Assembly (NCBI GenBank): GCA_947455145.1
Contig: CANGME010000011.1
Span: 60,182-124,181, forward strand
Source of the DNA: Comamonadaceae bacterium
GTDB taxonomy: Bacteria; Pseudomonadota; Gammaproteobacteria; Burkholderiales; Burkholderiaceae_C
Length of the DNA: 64,000 nucleotides
Reading direction: 5' to 3'
Shown: positions 54,389 to 61,858 of the stretch, piece by piece
Layout: each line of letters starts with the position of its first letter
Position numbering within the stretch: the first letter of the stretch is position 1
Program-made: the position numbers and the translations under genes
The notes under the pieces: generated by a model
What the model was told of the DNA's origin: nothing
Databases searched by the model: none
What the model saw: only the letters and a program-made list of their open reading frames with translations

Positions 54389-55588
54389 ATGAAATTCGTA
54401 CGTCGTAGTTTGATGCTTGCCACCGCCGCCACGGCTGTGTTGGCGGCCATCCCCGCACTGGCACAAACCGGTGCACCTCTGCGCATCGGCAGCACATTGG
54501 CGCTGACCGGGCCGCTCTCGGCCACTGCGCTCACACACAAGTTGGTTGGTGAGATTTATGTTGAGCAGCTCAACGCGCGCGGCGGCTTGCTGGGCCGCAA
54601 GGTGGAGTGGCTGCTCAAAGACGACCAGTCCAAGCCTGAGCTGGCCCGCACGCTGTACGAGCAGTTGATCACCTCTGACAAGGTGGACTTGCTCATGGGC
54701 CCCTATGCCACCGGCGCAATTTTGTCGGCCATGGGCGTGGCGCAGCGCTACGGCAAGGTTCTGGTGCACCACACCTTCGGTATCCCTGCGTTGTCCACTT
54801 ACGACTTTGCCTTCCCGGCCTGGTCGATTGGTGCGGATCCCGGAACGACCGTGCCCAACACCGTCTTCGACCTGCTGGCCACCGCGCCCAAGCCGCCCAA
54901 GACCGTGGCTTTTGTCACCAGCAAATTCCCTTCGATCCACTTTCTGACCTTGGGCGCGCGTGAAGTCGCCAAGAAGCGCGGTTTGCAAGAGGTCTTGTTC
55001 CTGGAATGGGACTTTGGCAACCGCGATTTCGGCCCCATTGCCGCACGCATCAAAGATGCCAAGCCTGATCTGGTGTGGATGGGTGACATCGCGCTGGAAG
55101 GCAATATGCTGCTCGACGCGATGAAGAAGATCGACTACTCGCCGCCACTGCATTTCCACACCTATCCCGCACCCGGCCCCATGACCGCCTCGCCTGAAGG
55201 AAACCGTGCCTTGTCACTCACCATCTTTGAAGAGCACGCCCCGTTCACCACTTACCTGGGTGCGGCGGAGTTCATCAAGATTTTCAAAGAGCGCGCCACC
55301 AAGGCGGGTCTGCCTTACACCACGGTCGAAGTGCAAGCTGCAGCGTCTTATTCGGCTTGGCAAATTCTGGAAGCCGGCATTCGGGCCACCAACAGCTTTG
55401 ACGACAAAAAAATCGCCATCTGGTTGAAGAAGAACAAGGTGGACACGATTCACGGCAAGCTGCGCTTTGACGGCATGAATAACTATGGCGACGACCTGAT
55501 GCGCGTCAAGCAAGTGCAAGGCGGCAAGTGGAACGTGATCTGGCCCAAGCAATACGCCGCGCCGGGTGCCAAGCTGCAAGTGCAATAA
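54389..55588 (+). CDS. ABC transporter substrate-binding protein (LivK/HAAT family)
   Basis: 399 aa. Signal peptide ...AAIPALAQ. Type 1 periplasmic binding-protein layout. Confidence 0.85.
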   Translation: MKFVRRSLMLATAATAVLAAIPALAQTGAPLRIGSTLALTGPLSATALTHKLVGEIYVEQLNARGGLLGRKVEWLLKDDQSKPELARTLYEQLITSDKVDLLMGPYATGAILSAMGVAQRYGKVLVHHTFGIPALSTYDFAFPAWSIGADPGTTVPNTVFDLLATAPKPPKTVAFVTSKFPSIHFLTLGAREVAKKRGLQEVLFLEWDFGNRDFGPIAARIKDAKPDLVWMGDIALEGNMLLDAMKKIDYSPPLHFHTYPAPGPMTASPEGNRALSLTIFEEHAPFTTYLGAAEFIKIFKERATKAGLPYTTVEVQAAASYSAWQILEAGIRATNSFDDKKIAIWLKKNKVDTIHGKLRFDGMNNYGDDLMRVKQVQGGKWNVIWPKQYAAPGAKLQVQ

Positions 55589-55614
55589 GACTTTAAAAAA
55601 GTACAACAAAGCCC

Positions 55615-56478
55615 ATGAACTTCCCCAGTTTTAACCTGTTAACCCAGTCCATCCTCTCGGGGGTTTTCATCGGTGCTTTGTACGGCTTGATCGGTCTGGG
55701 CCTGGGGCTGACCTGGGGCTTGCTGCGCCAGATTAACCTGGCTCATTTTGGCTTGGTGTTTCTATCGGCCTATCTGAGCTACCACATGGCCAGCGTATGG
55801 GGGGTGGATCCGCTGCTCACGCTGCTGATCTTGCCGCCGCTGTTTTTCTTGATCGGCGTGGCCATGCAGTGGGTGCTGGCCCGCTTTGAGATCACACCTT
55901 TCAATTCGCTCTTGGTCACCTTTGGTATCACGGTGGTGATCGAGAGCGGCATTCAAGCCCTGTGGACGGCGGATTTTCGCCGCATGGAAACGCATTACAA
56001 CGACCTGAAGTTCACCATCGGCTCGCTCTACGTGCCCGTACCTGAGCTGATCACGCTGGTGTTGTCGGTGACGATTGCTCTGAGTATTTGGGCGGTGATG
56101 CGCTACACCGATCTGGGCAAGGCCATGCGCGCCATGGCAGAAGACGGACCGATTGCGTCGGCTTTCGGCATCAACCAAAAAGGCCTGTCACTGATCTTGG
56201 CCGGGCTGTGTGCATCGTTGGCGGCGGTGGCGGGTATCTGCTTGGCCTTGACCTTCACGCTCACGCCATCGCAAATTTTTGCCTGGGTCGGCGTCGTGTT
56301 CGCGGCGGTTATGTTGGGCGGGCTGGGTAGTGCGTTGGGGCCGCTGGTTGCGGGTGTCATCATCGGCGTGAGCGAGGCCATCACCATGGCCGTGGCCGCA
56401 CCGTCGTGGGCACCGATTGTGTCGTTCTCGCTGCTCATTGTTGTGCTGCTGTTTCTGCCCGGAAGAATCAAAGCATGA
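55615..56478 (+). CDS. Branched-chain-amino-acid-type ABC permease (LivH-like)
   Basis: 287 aa, polytopic, with a typical LivH pattern. Confidence 0.88.
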   Translation: MNFPSFNLLTQSILSGVFIGALYGLIGLGLGLTWGLLRQINLAHFGLVFLSAYLSYHMASVWGVDPLLTLLILPPLFFLIGVAMQWVLARFEITPFNSLLVTFGITVVIESGIQALWTADFRRMETHYNDLKFTIGSLYVPVPELITLVLSVTIALSIWAVMRYTDLGKAMRAMAEDGPIASAFGINQKGLSLILAGLCASLAAVAGICLALTFTLTPSQIFAWVGVVFAAVMLGGLGSALGPLVAGVIIGVSEAITMAVAAPSWAPIVSFSLLIVVLLFLPGRIKA

Positions 56479-58262
56479 ACAAAACCATCATCGGCATTGT
56501 TCTGAGCGGCGCAGCCCTGGCCAGCGTGCCCTGGCTGGAATTGCCCGCGTTTTACGAATCCTTTCTCTACCTGATTTGCAGTTGGATGGTGCTGGCTCTG
56601 TCCTGGAATATTTTGTCTGGCTATTCGGGCTATTTCTCGTTTGGCCACGGCGCATTTTTTGGCATTGGCATGTACGCCACCGCCAACCTGTCCGTGAAAT
56701 TGCACTGGCCTTTTTTGTGGACGCTGCCTGCGGCTGCCGCGCTGGCGGCTTTGCTCGGCTTGGGGCTGGGTGCCGTGGTGTTTCGGGTCAAGTCGGTACG
56801 CGGTGAGCTGTTTGCTTTGCTCACATTGGCCGTCACGTTTGTGGTGGGCACCATTGTGCTCAACACACCGATTGACGGTGGCCCCGGCATCTTTTTGAAC
56901 GCCGTAAAAATTCCTGCCATTGGCCCCACGCCATCGGCCTCCATGTATTTGATGGCGCTGGCGGCTGCGGTGCTCACGCTCCTCATCTCTTACCAAATTT
57001 ACGTCTCGCGTTTGGGCCTGGGTCTGTTCGCCATTCATGATGATGAGGATGTGGCCGAAGTCATGGGCGTGCCCACCTACCGCTACAAGCTGGTGGCCTT
57101 TGGCATTTCTTGCGCGCTTGCCGGTTTGGCCGGGGGCATCCACGCGCTGTTCGTCTCCTACGTCACAGCGGGCGAGACCTTCACCATTGTGGTGCCCCTC
57201 ACCGTGGTGTTGATGAGCGTTCTGGGTGGCACGCGCCACTGGGCCGGGCCTGCGGTGGGCGCGGTCTTCATCACCGGTTTGCTCTACTTCTTTACCGCAG
57301 GCAATAATCCGCTGGCAGGCAAGGCGGCAGTGGGTGTGATTTTGGTGGTGGTGATTTTGTTCATGCCGAATGGGATCTTGGGTTATTTGTTCAAGCGCAA
57401 GCAGGGTAAGGCCAGTCAGAAAACTACAACCGTTCGCCCTGAGCTTGTCGAAGGGTCTGCGCCGAACCACGAGGAGGCTTCGACAAGCTCAGCCCGAACG
57501 GATCGGGCCGGCTCTCGCGACTCGGCACAGGTCATCAAACCCCTGCTCGAAGTCCGCCAGCTCACTAAAACCTTCACCGGCGTGGTGGCGGTGGATGCAC
57601 TCGATCTGAAAGTCTTCCCCGGTGAAATCCTCGGCCTGCTCGGCCCCAACGGTTCCGGCAAGTCCACCTTCATCAACGTGGTCAGCGGGCATTACCCCAT
57701 CACCAGCGGTGAGGTTTTCTTTGAAAACCAAGCCCTGCACGGCCTGCCCGCCCACCGCATAGCGCAGGCAGGCATTGCCCGCACCTACCAAATCCCACGG
57801 CCCTTTGCGCACCTCACCGTATTGCAAAACGTGGCCCTGGTGGCCATGTTTGGCGGTGAGTCACTCAGCCATCAGCAAGCGACCCAAGAGGCTTCAACCT
57901 GGCTGGCCTTCACCGGCCTGAGCGACAAGGCCGACGCACTTCCCGATGAGTTGAATCTGCACCAACGGAAATTTCTGGAACTCACCCGCGCACTGGCCGG
58001 TCGCCCGCGACTGGTGCTGTTGGACGAGGTGCTTTCGGGTCTGACGCCGGGTGAGATCAACGAAGCGATTGAGCTGATCCGCAAAATCAGGGAACGGGGC
58101 GCGACCATTGTGTTTGTGGAGCACGTCATGCACGCGGTGATGGCGCTGGCTGACCGCGTGGCCGTGCTCAATTACGGCAAGCTGATTGCAGTGGGCTTGC
58201 CGCAAGACGTGATGCAAAACCCAGAAGTGGTCAAAGCTTATTTGGGGACGATGGATGCTTGA
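56475..58262 (+). CDS. Fused LivM-like permease / LivG-like ATPase
   Basis: 596 aa starting at the ATG at 56475 (ATGA overlap with livH). The permease part ends ...ILFMPNGILGYLFKRK. A ~50-aa linker follows, then the ATPase LLEVRQLTKTFTG...GPNGSGKST...VLLDEV. There is no in-frame start for a separate livG. Confidence 0.8.
   Translation: MNKTIIGIVLSGAALASVPWLELPAFYESFLYLICSWMVLALSWNILSGYSGYFSFGHGAFFGIGMYATANLSVKLHWPFLWTLPAAAALAALLGLGLGAVVFRVKSVRGELFALLTLAVTFVVGTIVLNTPIDGGPGIFLNAVKIPAIGPTPSASMYLMALAAAVLTLLISYQIYVSRLGLGLFAIHDDEDVAEVMGVPTYRYKLVAFGISCALAGLAGGIHALFVSYVTAGETFTIVVPLTVVLMSVLGGTRHWAGPAVGAVFITGLLYFFTAGNNPLAGKAAVGVILVVVILFMPNGILGYLFKRKQGKASQKTTTVRPELVEGSAPNHEEASTSSARTDRAGSRDSAQVIKPLLEVRQLTKTFTGVVAVDALDLKVFPGEILGLLGPNGSGKSTFINVVSGHYPITSGEVFFENQALHGLPAHRIAQAGIARTYQIPRPFAHLTVLQNVALVAMFGGESLSHQQATQEASTWLAFTGLSDKADALPDELNLHQRKFLELTRALAGRPRLVLLDEVLSGLTPGEINEAIELIRKIRERGATIVFVEHVMHAVMALADRVAVLNYGKLIAVGLPQDVMQNPEVVKAYLGTMDA
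57430..57501. repeat. REP/MITE-like 72-bp palindromic element inside the livM-livG linker
   Basis: Arms CCGTTCGCCCTGAGCTTGTCGAAG and CTTCGACAAGCTCAGCCCGAACGG flank a ~24-nt centre. Translated as RPELVEG... in the gene frame, and as PFALSLSKG...LRQAQPER in another frame (track ORF 57370-57609). Confidence 0.7.
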
Positions 58263-58959
58263 AGTCAACGATATTCACGTGAACTACGGCGCAGCCCCTG
58301 CCCTGTGGGGTGTGAGCCTGTGCGTGCAGCCGGGTGAGCTGGTGTGCGTGGTTGGCCCCAATGGCGCGGGCAAGACCACGCTGATCAACGCCATTGCAGG
58401 TTTGCACCGCACCCGCGCAGGTCAACTGCACTTCAACGGGCAAGACATCACGCAACTGGCGAGCCATCGTTTCTGTGAAGCCGGTATTGCCATCGTGCCT
58501 GAAGGGCGACGCCTGTTTACCCAGATGACGGTGTTGGACAACCTTGAGCTGGGCAGCTTTATTGCCAGCGCCAAACCCCACCGGGCCGAGTCGCTGGCAC
58601 GGGTGCTGGATTTGTTCCCGGCCCTCAAGGTCAAGTTGCCCAGCCCCGCAGGCTCACTGTCGGGCGGGCAGCAGCAGATGGTGGCAATTGGCCGCGCGCT
58701 GATGGCCAGGCCCAGCCTGTTGTTGTTGGATGAGCCCTCATTGGGTTTGGCCCCGGCCATCGTCGGCGATATGTTTCGCGCCATCCAGCAGATCAACGCC
58801 AGCGGCACTTCGGTGTTGCTGGTGGAGCAAAACGTGGCCATGGCGATGAAGCTGGCGAAACGTGCCTACGTGTTGGAAGAAGGGCGCATTGTGTTGCAGG
58901 GGGCGGCCAGTGAATTGCTAGAGAACCCCAAAATAAAGTCCGTTTATTTAGGTTTGTAG
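58255..58959 (+). CDS. ABC transporter ATP-binding protein (LivF-like)
   Basis: 234 aa. Walker A GPNGAGKTT, signature LSGGQQQ, Walker B LLLLDEPS. Overlaps the upstream gene end by 8 nt. Confidence 0.9.
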   Translation: MLEVNDIHVNYGAAPALWGVSLCVQPGELVCVVGPNGAGKTTLINAIAGLHRTRAGQLHFNGQDITQLASHRFCEAGIAIVPEGRRLFTQMTVLDNLELGSFIASAKPHRAESLARVLDLFPALKVKLPSPAGSLSGGQQQMVAIGRALMARPSLLLLDEPSLGLAPAIVGDMFRAIQQINASGTSVLLVEQNVAMAMKLAKRAYVLEEGRIVLQGAASELLENPKIKSVYLGL

Positions 58960-59008
58960 AGGACAGCAAGGCGAATGGTTTCTAAATTTTCAAACTGAGG
59001 AGACAGGT

Positions 59009-60139
59009 ATGAACACACTGAACAAGGCTTCGAAGCCCTCTGCCGATGAATTTGATTTGGGTCATCCGCAACGCTTGTCTCCCAGCTGCGCTTGCCCCAC
59101 GCCGCGTCGGGGCTTCCTCAGCGGTTTGATGGCTCTGGGCGCGGGGGCGATGCTGCCGGGGTGCGCCACGACAGATTCAGGCTCTGCTGCGGCAGCCGCG
59201 TTTATGTCGGCACACAACCGTATCGACACCCATCACCACCTATTCTCGCCAGCGTATTTGGCTGAGCTGGCCAAAGTCAATCAGGCGCCCCCCATCGTTA
59301 AGAATTGGTCGGTTGCCAAGACCTTGGACGACATGGACAAGGCGGGCGTAGCCACCTCCATTCTTTCGGTCACTACGCCACAGGTGAGCTTTGCCGACGC
59401 ACCGAACGCCCGACGCATTGCGCGCGAGAGCAATGAGTGGGTCGCCAAACTCGGCAAAGACAACCCAGGACGCTTTGGCTCCTTTGCCATGTTGCCGATG
59501 CAAGACACCGACAGCGCCTTGCGCGAGGTGGAGTACGCACTCGATGTACTTAAGGCGGATGGCATCGGCCTGCTCACCAGCTATGGTGATAAATGGTTAG
59601 GCCATCCCTCATTTGCCCCGGTGATGGATGAACTCAACCGACGCAAGGCCGTGCTGTACACCCACCCCACTGTAGCTAATTGCTGTCGCAATCTGTTGCC
59701 CAATGTGCCACCTACCGTGATTGAGTTCGGGACAGATACGACCCGCACCATCACTGATATTGTGTTCTCAGGAACGGCCGCGCGCTGTCCCGATCTGCGC
59801 TTTATCTTTTCCCATGCTGGCGGAACGCTGCCATTTTTGACTGAGAGACTGGTCAAGATGCCGATTTTGGACCCCAAACTGGCACCACGCGTACCCCAGG
59901 GCGTGATGCACGAACTCAAACGCTTCTACTACGACACCGCATGGTCCGCCAACCCTATGGCCCTGGCCTCCCTCACCAAGCTGGTTGATGTCTCGCAAAT
60001 TTTGTTTGGTTCCGACTACCCCTATCGCACCGGCGCCGACAACGTCAAAGGCCTGGCCGAGTACGGCTTCAGCGCTGCCGACTTGCAGGCCATTGGCCGC
60101 GATAACGCGCTGCGTTTATTGCCTCGCTGGAGAGTCTAA
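59009..60139 (+). CDS. Amidohydrolase_2 (ACMSD/LigI-type) family protein with a Tat/lipobox-like leader
   Basis: 376 aa. PRRGFLSGLMALGAGAMLPGCAT leader, then IDTHHHLF metal motif and a TIM-barrel hydrolase/decarboxylase pattern. Confidence 0.75.
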   Translation: MNTLNKASKPSADEFDLGHPQRLSPSCACPTPRRGFLSGLMALGAGAMLPGCATTDSGSAAAAAFMSAHNRIDTHHHLFSPAYLAELAKVNQAPPIVKNWSVAKTLDDMDKAGVATSILSVTTPQVSFADAPNARRIARESNEWVAKLGKDNPGRFGSFAMLPMQDTDSALREVEYALDVLKADGIGLLTSYGDKWLGHPSFAPVMDELNRRKAVLYTHPTVANCCRNLLPNVPPTVIEFGTDTTRTITDIVFSGTAARCPDLRFIFSHAGGTLPFLTERLVKMPILDPKLAPRVPQGVMHELKRFYYDTAWSANPMALASLTKLVDVSQILFGSDYPYRTGADNVKGLAEYGFSAADLQAIGRDNALRLLPRWRV

Positions 60140-61831
60140 ACCCAGCACCTGATCCATCACTGCCTGCGCACCTGCTTCGCTGGTGCCACGCCATGCAACG
60201 ATGTGATCGGGGCGGATCAGCACCAGCGGGGCTTCGTACAACGCCAGCAGCTCAGGGTCTGCGTGCTGCACCACGCCCAGGCTGATGCCGCGCTGCGTGG
60301 CTTGAGATTCAAACGCCGCTGTCGTGGGCGGTGTTGGCCCCAGCACCAGCAAAGTCCACTCCGAATGAAAGCTGTCAAACAAAGAGCGCCCATCGGCCAG
60401 CCAGGCATGGGGTGGACGACCACCGGGGCAGGCGCTGGGGGTGTAGCTATTGGGTGCATCGGGGGGCGGCGTTGTGCCGTCGGTCACGATGATGGGTGAG
60501 CCGTCATAGCGGCCCCCTAGGGTGATGCCGGGGATGTTGAACTCGCGCCGCACGTGGGCGTTGAGGTACTCGGACGCGATTTGCCTAGCTTGCTCGCCCG
60601 CAGCGGACTCATCATCCAGTTCAGGCACGGCATCGAAAAGGCCAATTGAATCGGCCAAACGCCGGGCGTGGCCGGTGTTGCGCTGGGCCAGTGGTTTGCG
60701 CTCTTGCTCGTAGCTGTCCAGCAGCGCGGTAGGGGCCTGGCCTTTGATGACGGCGGCCAACTTCCAGCCCAGGTTTACCGCGTCTTCCACCGCTGTGTTG
60801 TAGCCCAGGCCACCGGTGGGGGTGAAGAGGTGCACCGCGTCGCCACCCAAGATCACACGGCCTTTCTGAAAGCCGGAGGCCACCAGCGCGTGGCCTGCCG
60901 TCCAGATGGCCAGCGACAAAATTTCAATCGGGATATCGAGCCCACTGGCCTGCGCAAACAAGCGCCGCGCGTCGGCCTCGGTCAAGCTGTCGCCGTCCAC
61001 GCCCTCGGGCACTTGGGTGTGAAAGGCGAACTCACTAAGGCCGTCCACCGACATGATGAAGGCGCGCAAAGCGGGGTTCACCATCACGTACATCCAGGCC
61101 CGGTCGTTCGGGTTGAGGCGGTAGAAGTCGGGGGCCTTCATGTACACGGCAAACATCTTGCCGCCCATGAAATTGCGCTTGATGCCGGTGTTGCCTTCCC
61201 ACTTGAAGCCGAGCTGGTTGCGCACCATGCTGCGCGCGCCGTCTGCGCCAATCAGGTAGTGGGCGCTCACGGTCGTGTGTTGGCTGTCATCCACGGGGGC
61301 GATGGTGGCTTCAATGTGGTCGCCGCAGTCTTCAAACGATGCCAGTCGCCAGCCGTAGCGCACATCGACGCTGGCCTGTTTCTCGGCCTCTTCGCGCAAG
61401 GTGACTTCCACATACTTTTGCGACACCCGGTGCGGCAGCTCGGCCGCACTCCAGGACCCGCCCATGGTTTTGATGACTTGCGTGGCCGCAGCGGCGGTGG
61501 GCAAGCGCAGACGCGCCAACTCGCGCCCGCTAAAGCGCGTCAGGTAAGCAATGTCGCTGGGGTGATCGGCAGGCAAACCTTGAGCGCGAATCTTGTGCGC
61601 AAAGCCCAGGCGACGAAAGTGCTCCATGGTGCGCGCCTGCGTTGCATTGGCCTGCGGGTTGAAGGCCGTGCCGGGCTTGGGGTCAACCAGCAAGCAGCGA
61701 ATGCCACGCCGCCCCAACTCATTGGCCAGCATCAAGCCGCAAGGGCCACCGCCGGCGATCAGCACGTCGGTGGAGATGTGATTGGTCATAACTACAGTCG
61801 CCCTTTGTTTGCACAGGGCGTCATCATACAA
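60116..61831 (-). CDS. FAD-dependent aromatic-ring monooxygenase (PheA/TfdB/MhpA family)
   Basis: 571 aa. DVLIAGGGPCGLMLANELGRRGI, GDAVHLFTPTGGLGYNTAVEDAVNLGWK. Confidence 0.88.
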   Translation of the reverse strand: MYDDALCKQRATVVMTNHISTDVLIAGGGPCGLMLANELGRRGIRCLLVDPKPGTAFNPQANATQARTMEHFRRLGFAHKIRAQGLPADHPSDIAYLTRFSGRELARLRLPTAAAATQVIKTMGGSWSAAELPHRVSQKYVEVTLREEAEKQASVDVRYGWRLASFEDCGDHIEATIAPVDDSQHTTVSAHYLIGADGARSMVRNQLGFKWEGNTGIKRNFMGGKMFAVYMKAPDFYRLNPNDRAWMYVMVNPALRAFIMSVDGLSEFAFHTQVPEGVDGDSLTEADARRLFAQASGLDIPIEILSLAIWTAGHALVASGFQKGRVILGGDAVHLFTPTGGLGYNTAVEDAVNLGWKLAAVIKGQAPTALLDSYEQERKPLAQRNTGHARRLADSIGLFDAVPELDDESAAGEQARQIASEYLNAHVRREFNIPGITLGGRYDGSPIIVTDGTTPPPDAPNSYTPSACPGGRPPHAWLADGRSLFDSFHSEWTLLVLGPTPPTTAAFESQATQRGISLGVVQHADPELLALYEAPLVLIRPDHIVAWRGTSEAGAQAVMDQVLGLDSPARQ

Positions 61832-61858
61832 AGCGGACGGAGCCGCTTTATCAATGGC

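Noticed and set aside
56103-57470. 455-aa ORF antisense to livH/livM
   Set aside because: It is opposite two polytopic permease genes. The sequence is Arg/His/Gln-rich, with no recognisable domain.
57500-57560. Possible independent start codon for a separate livG
   Set aside because: No in-frame ATG/GTG/TTG exists between the REP element and the first conserved ATPase strand (LLEVRQL). The first GTG is already inside the domain, so the fused reading is retained.
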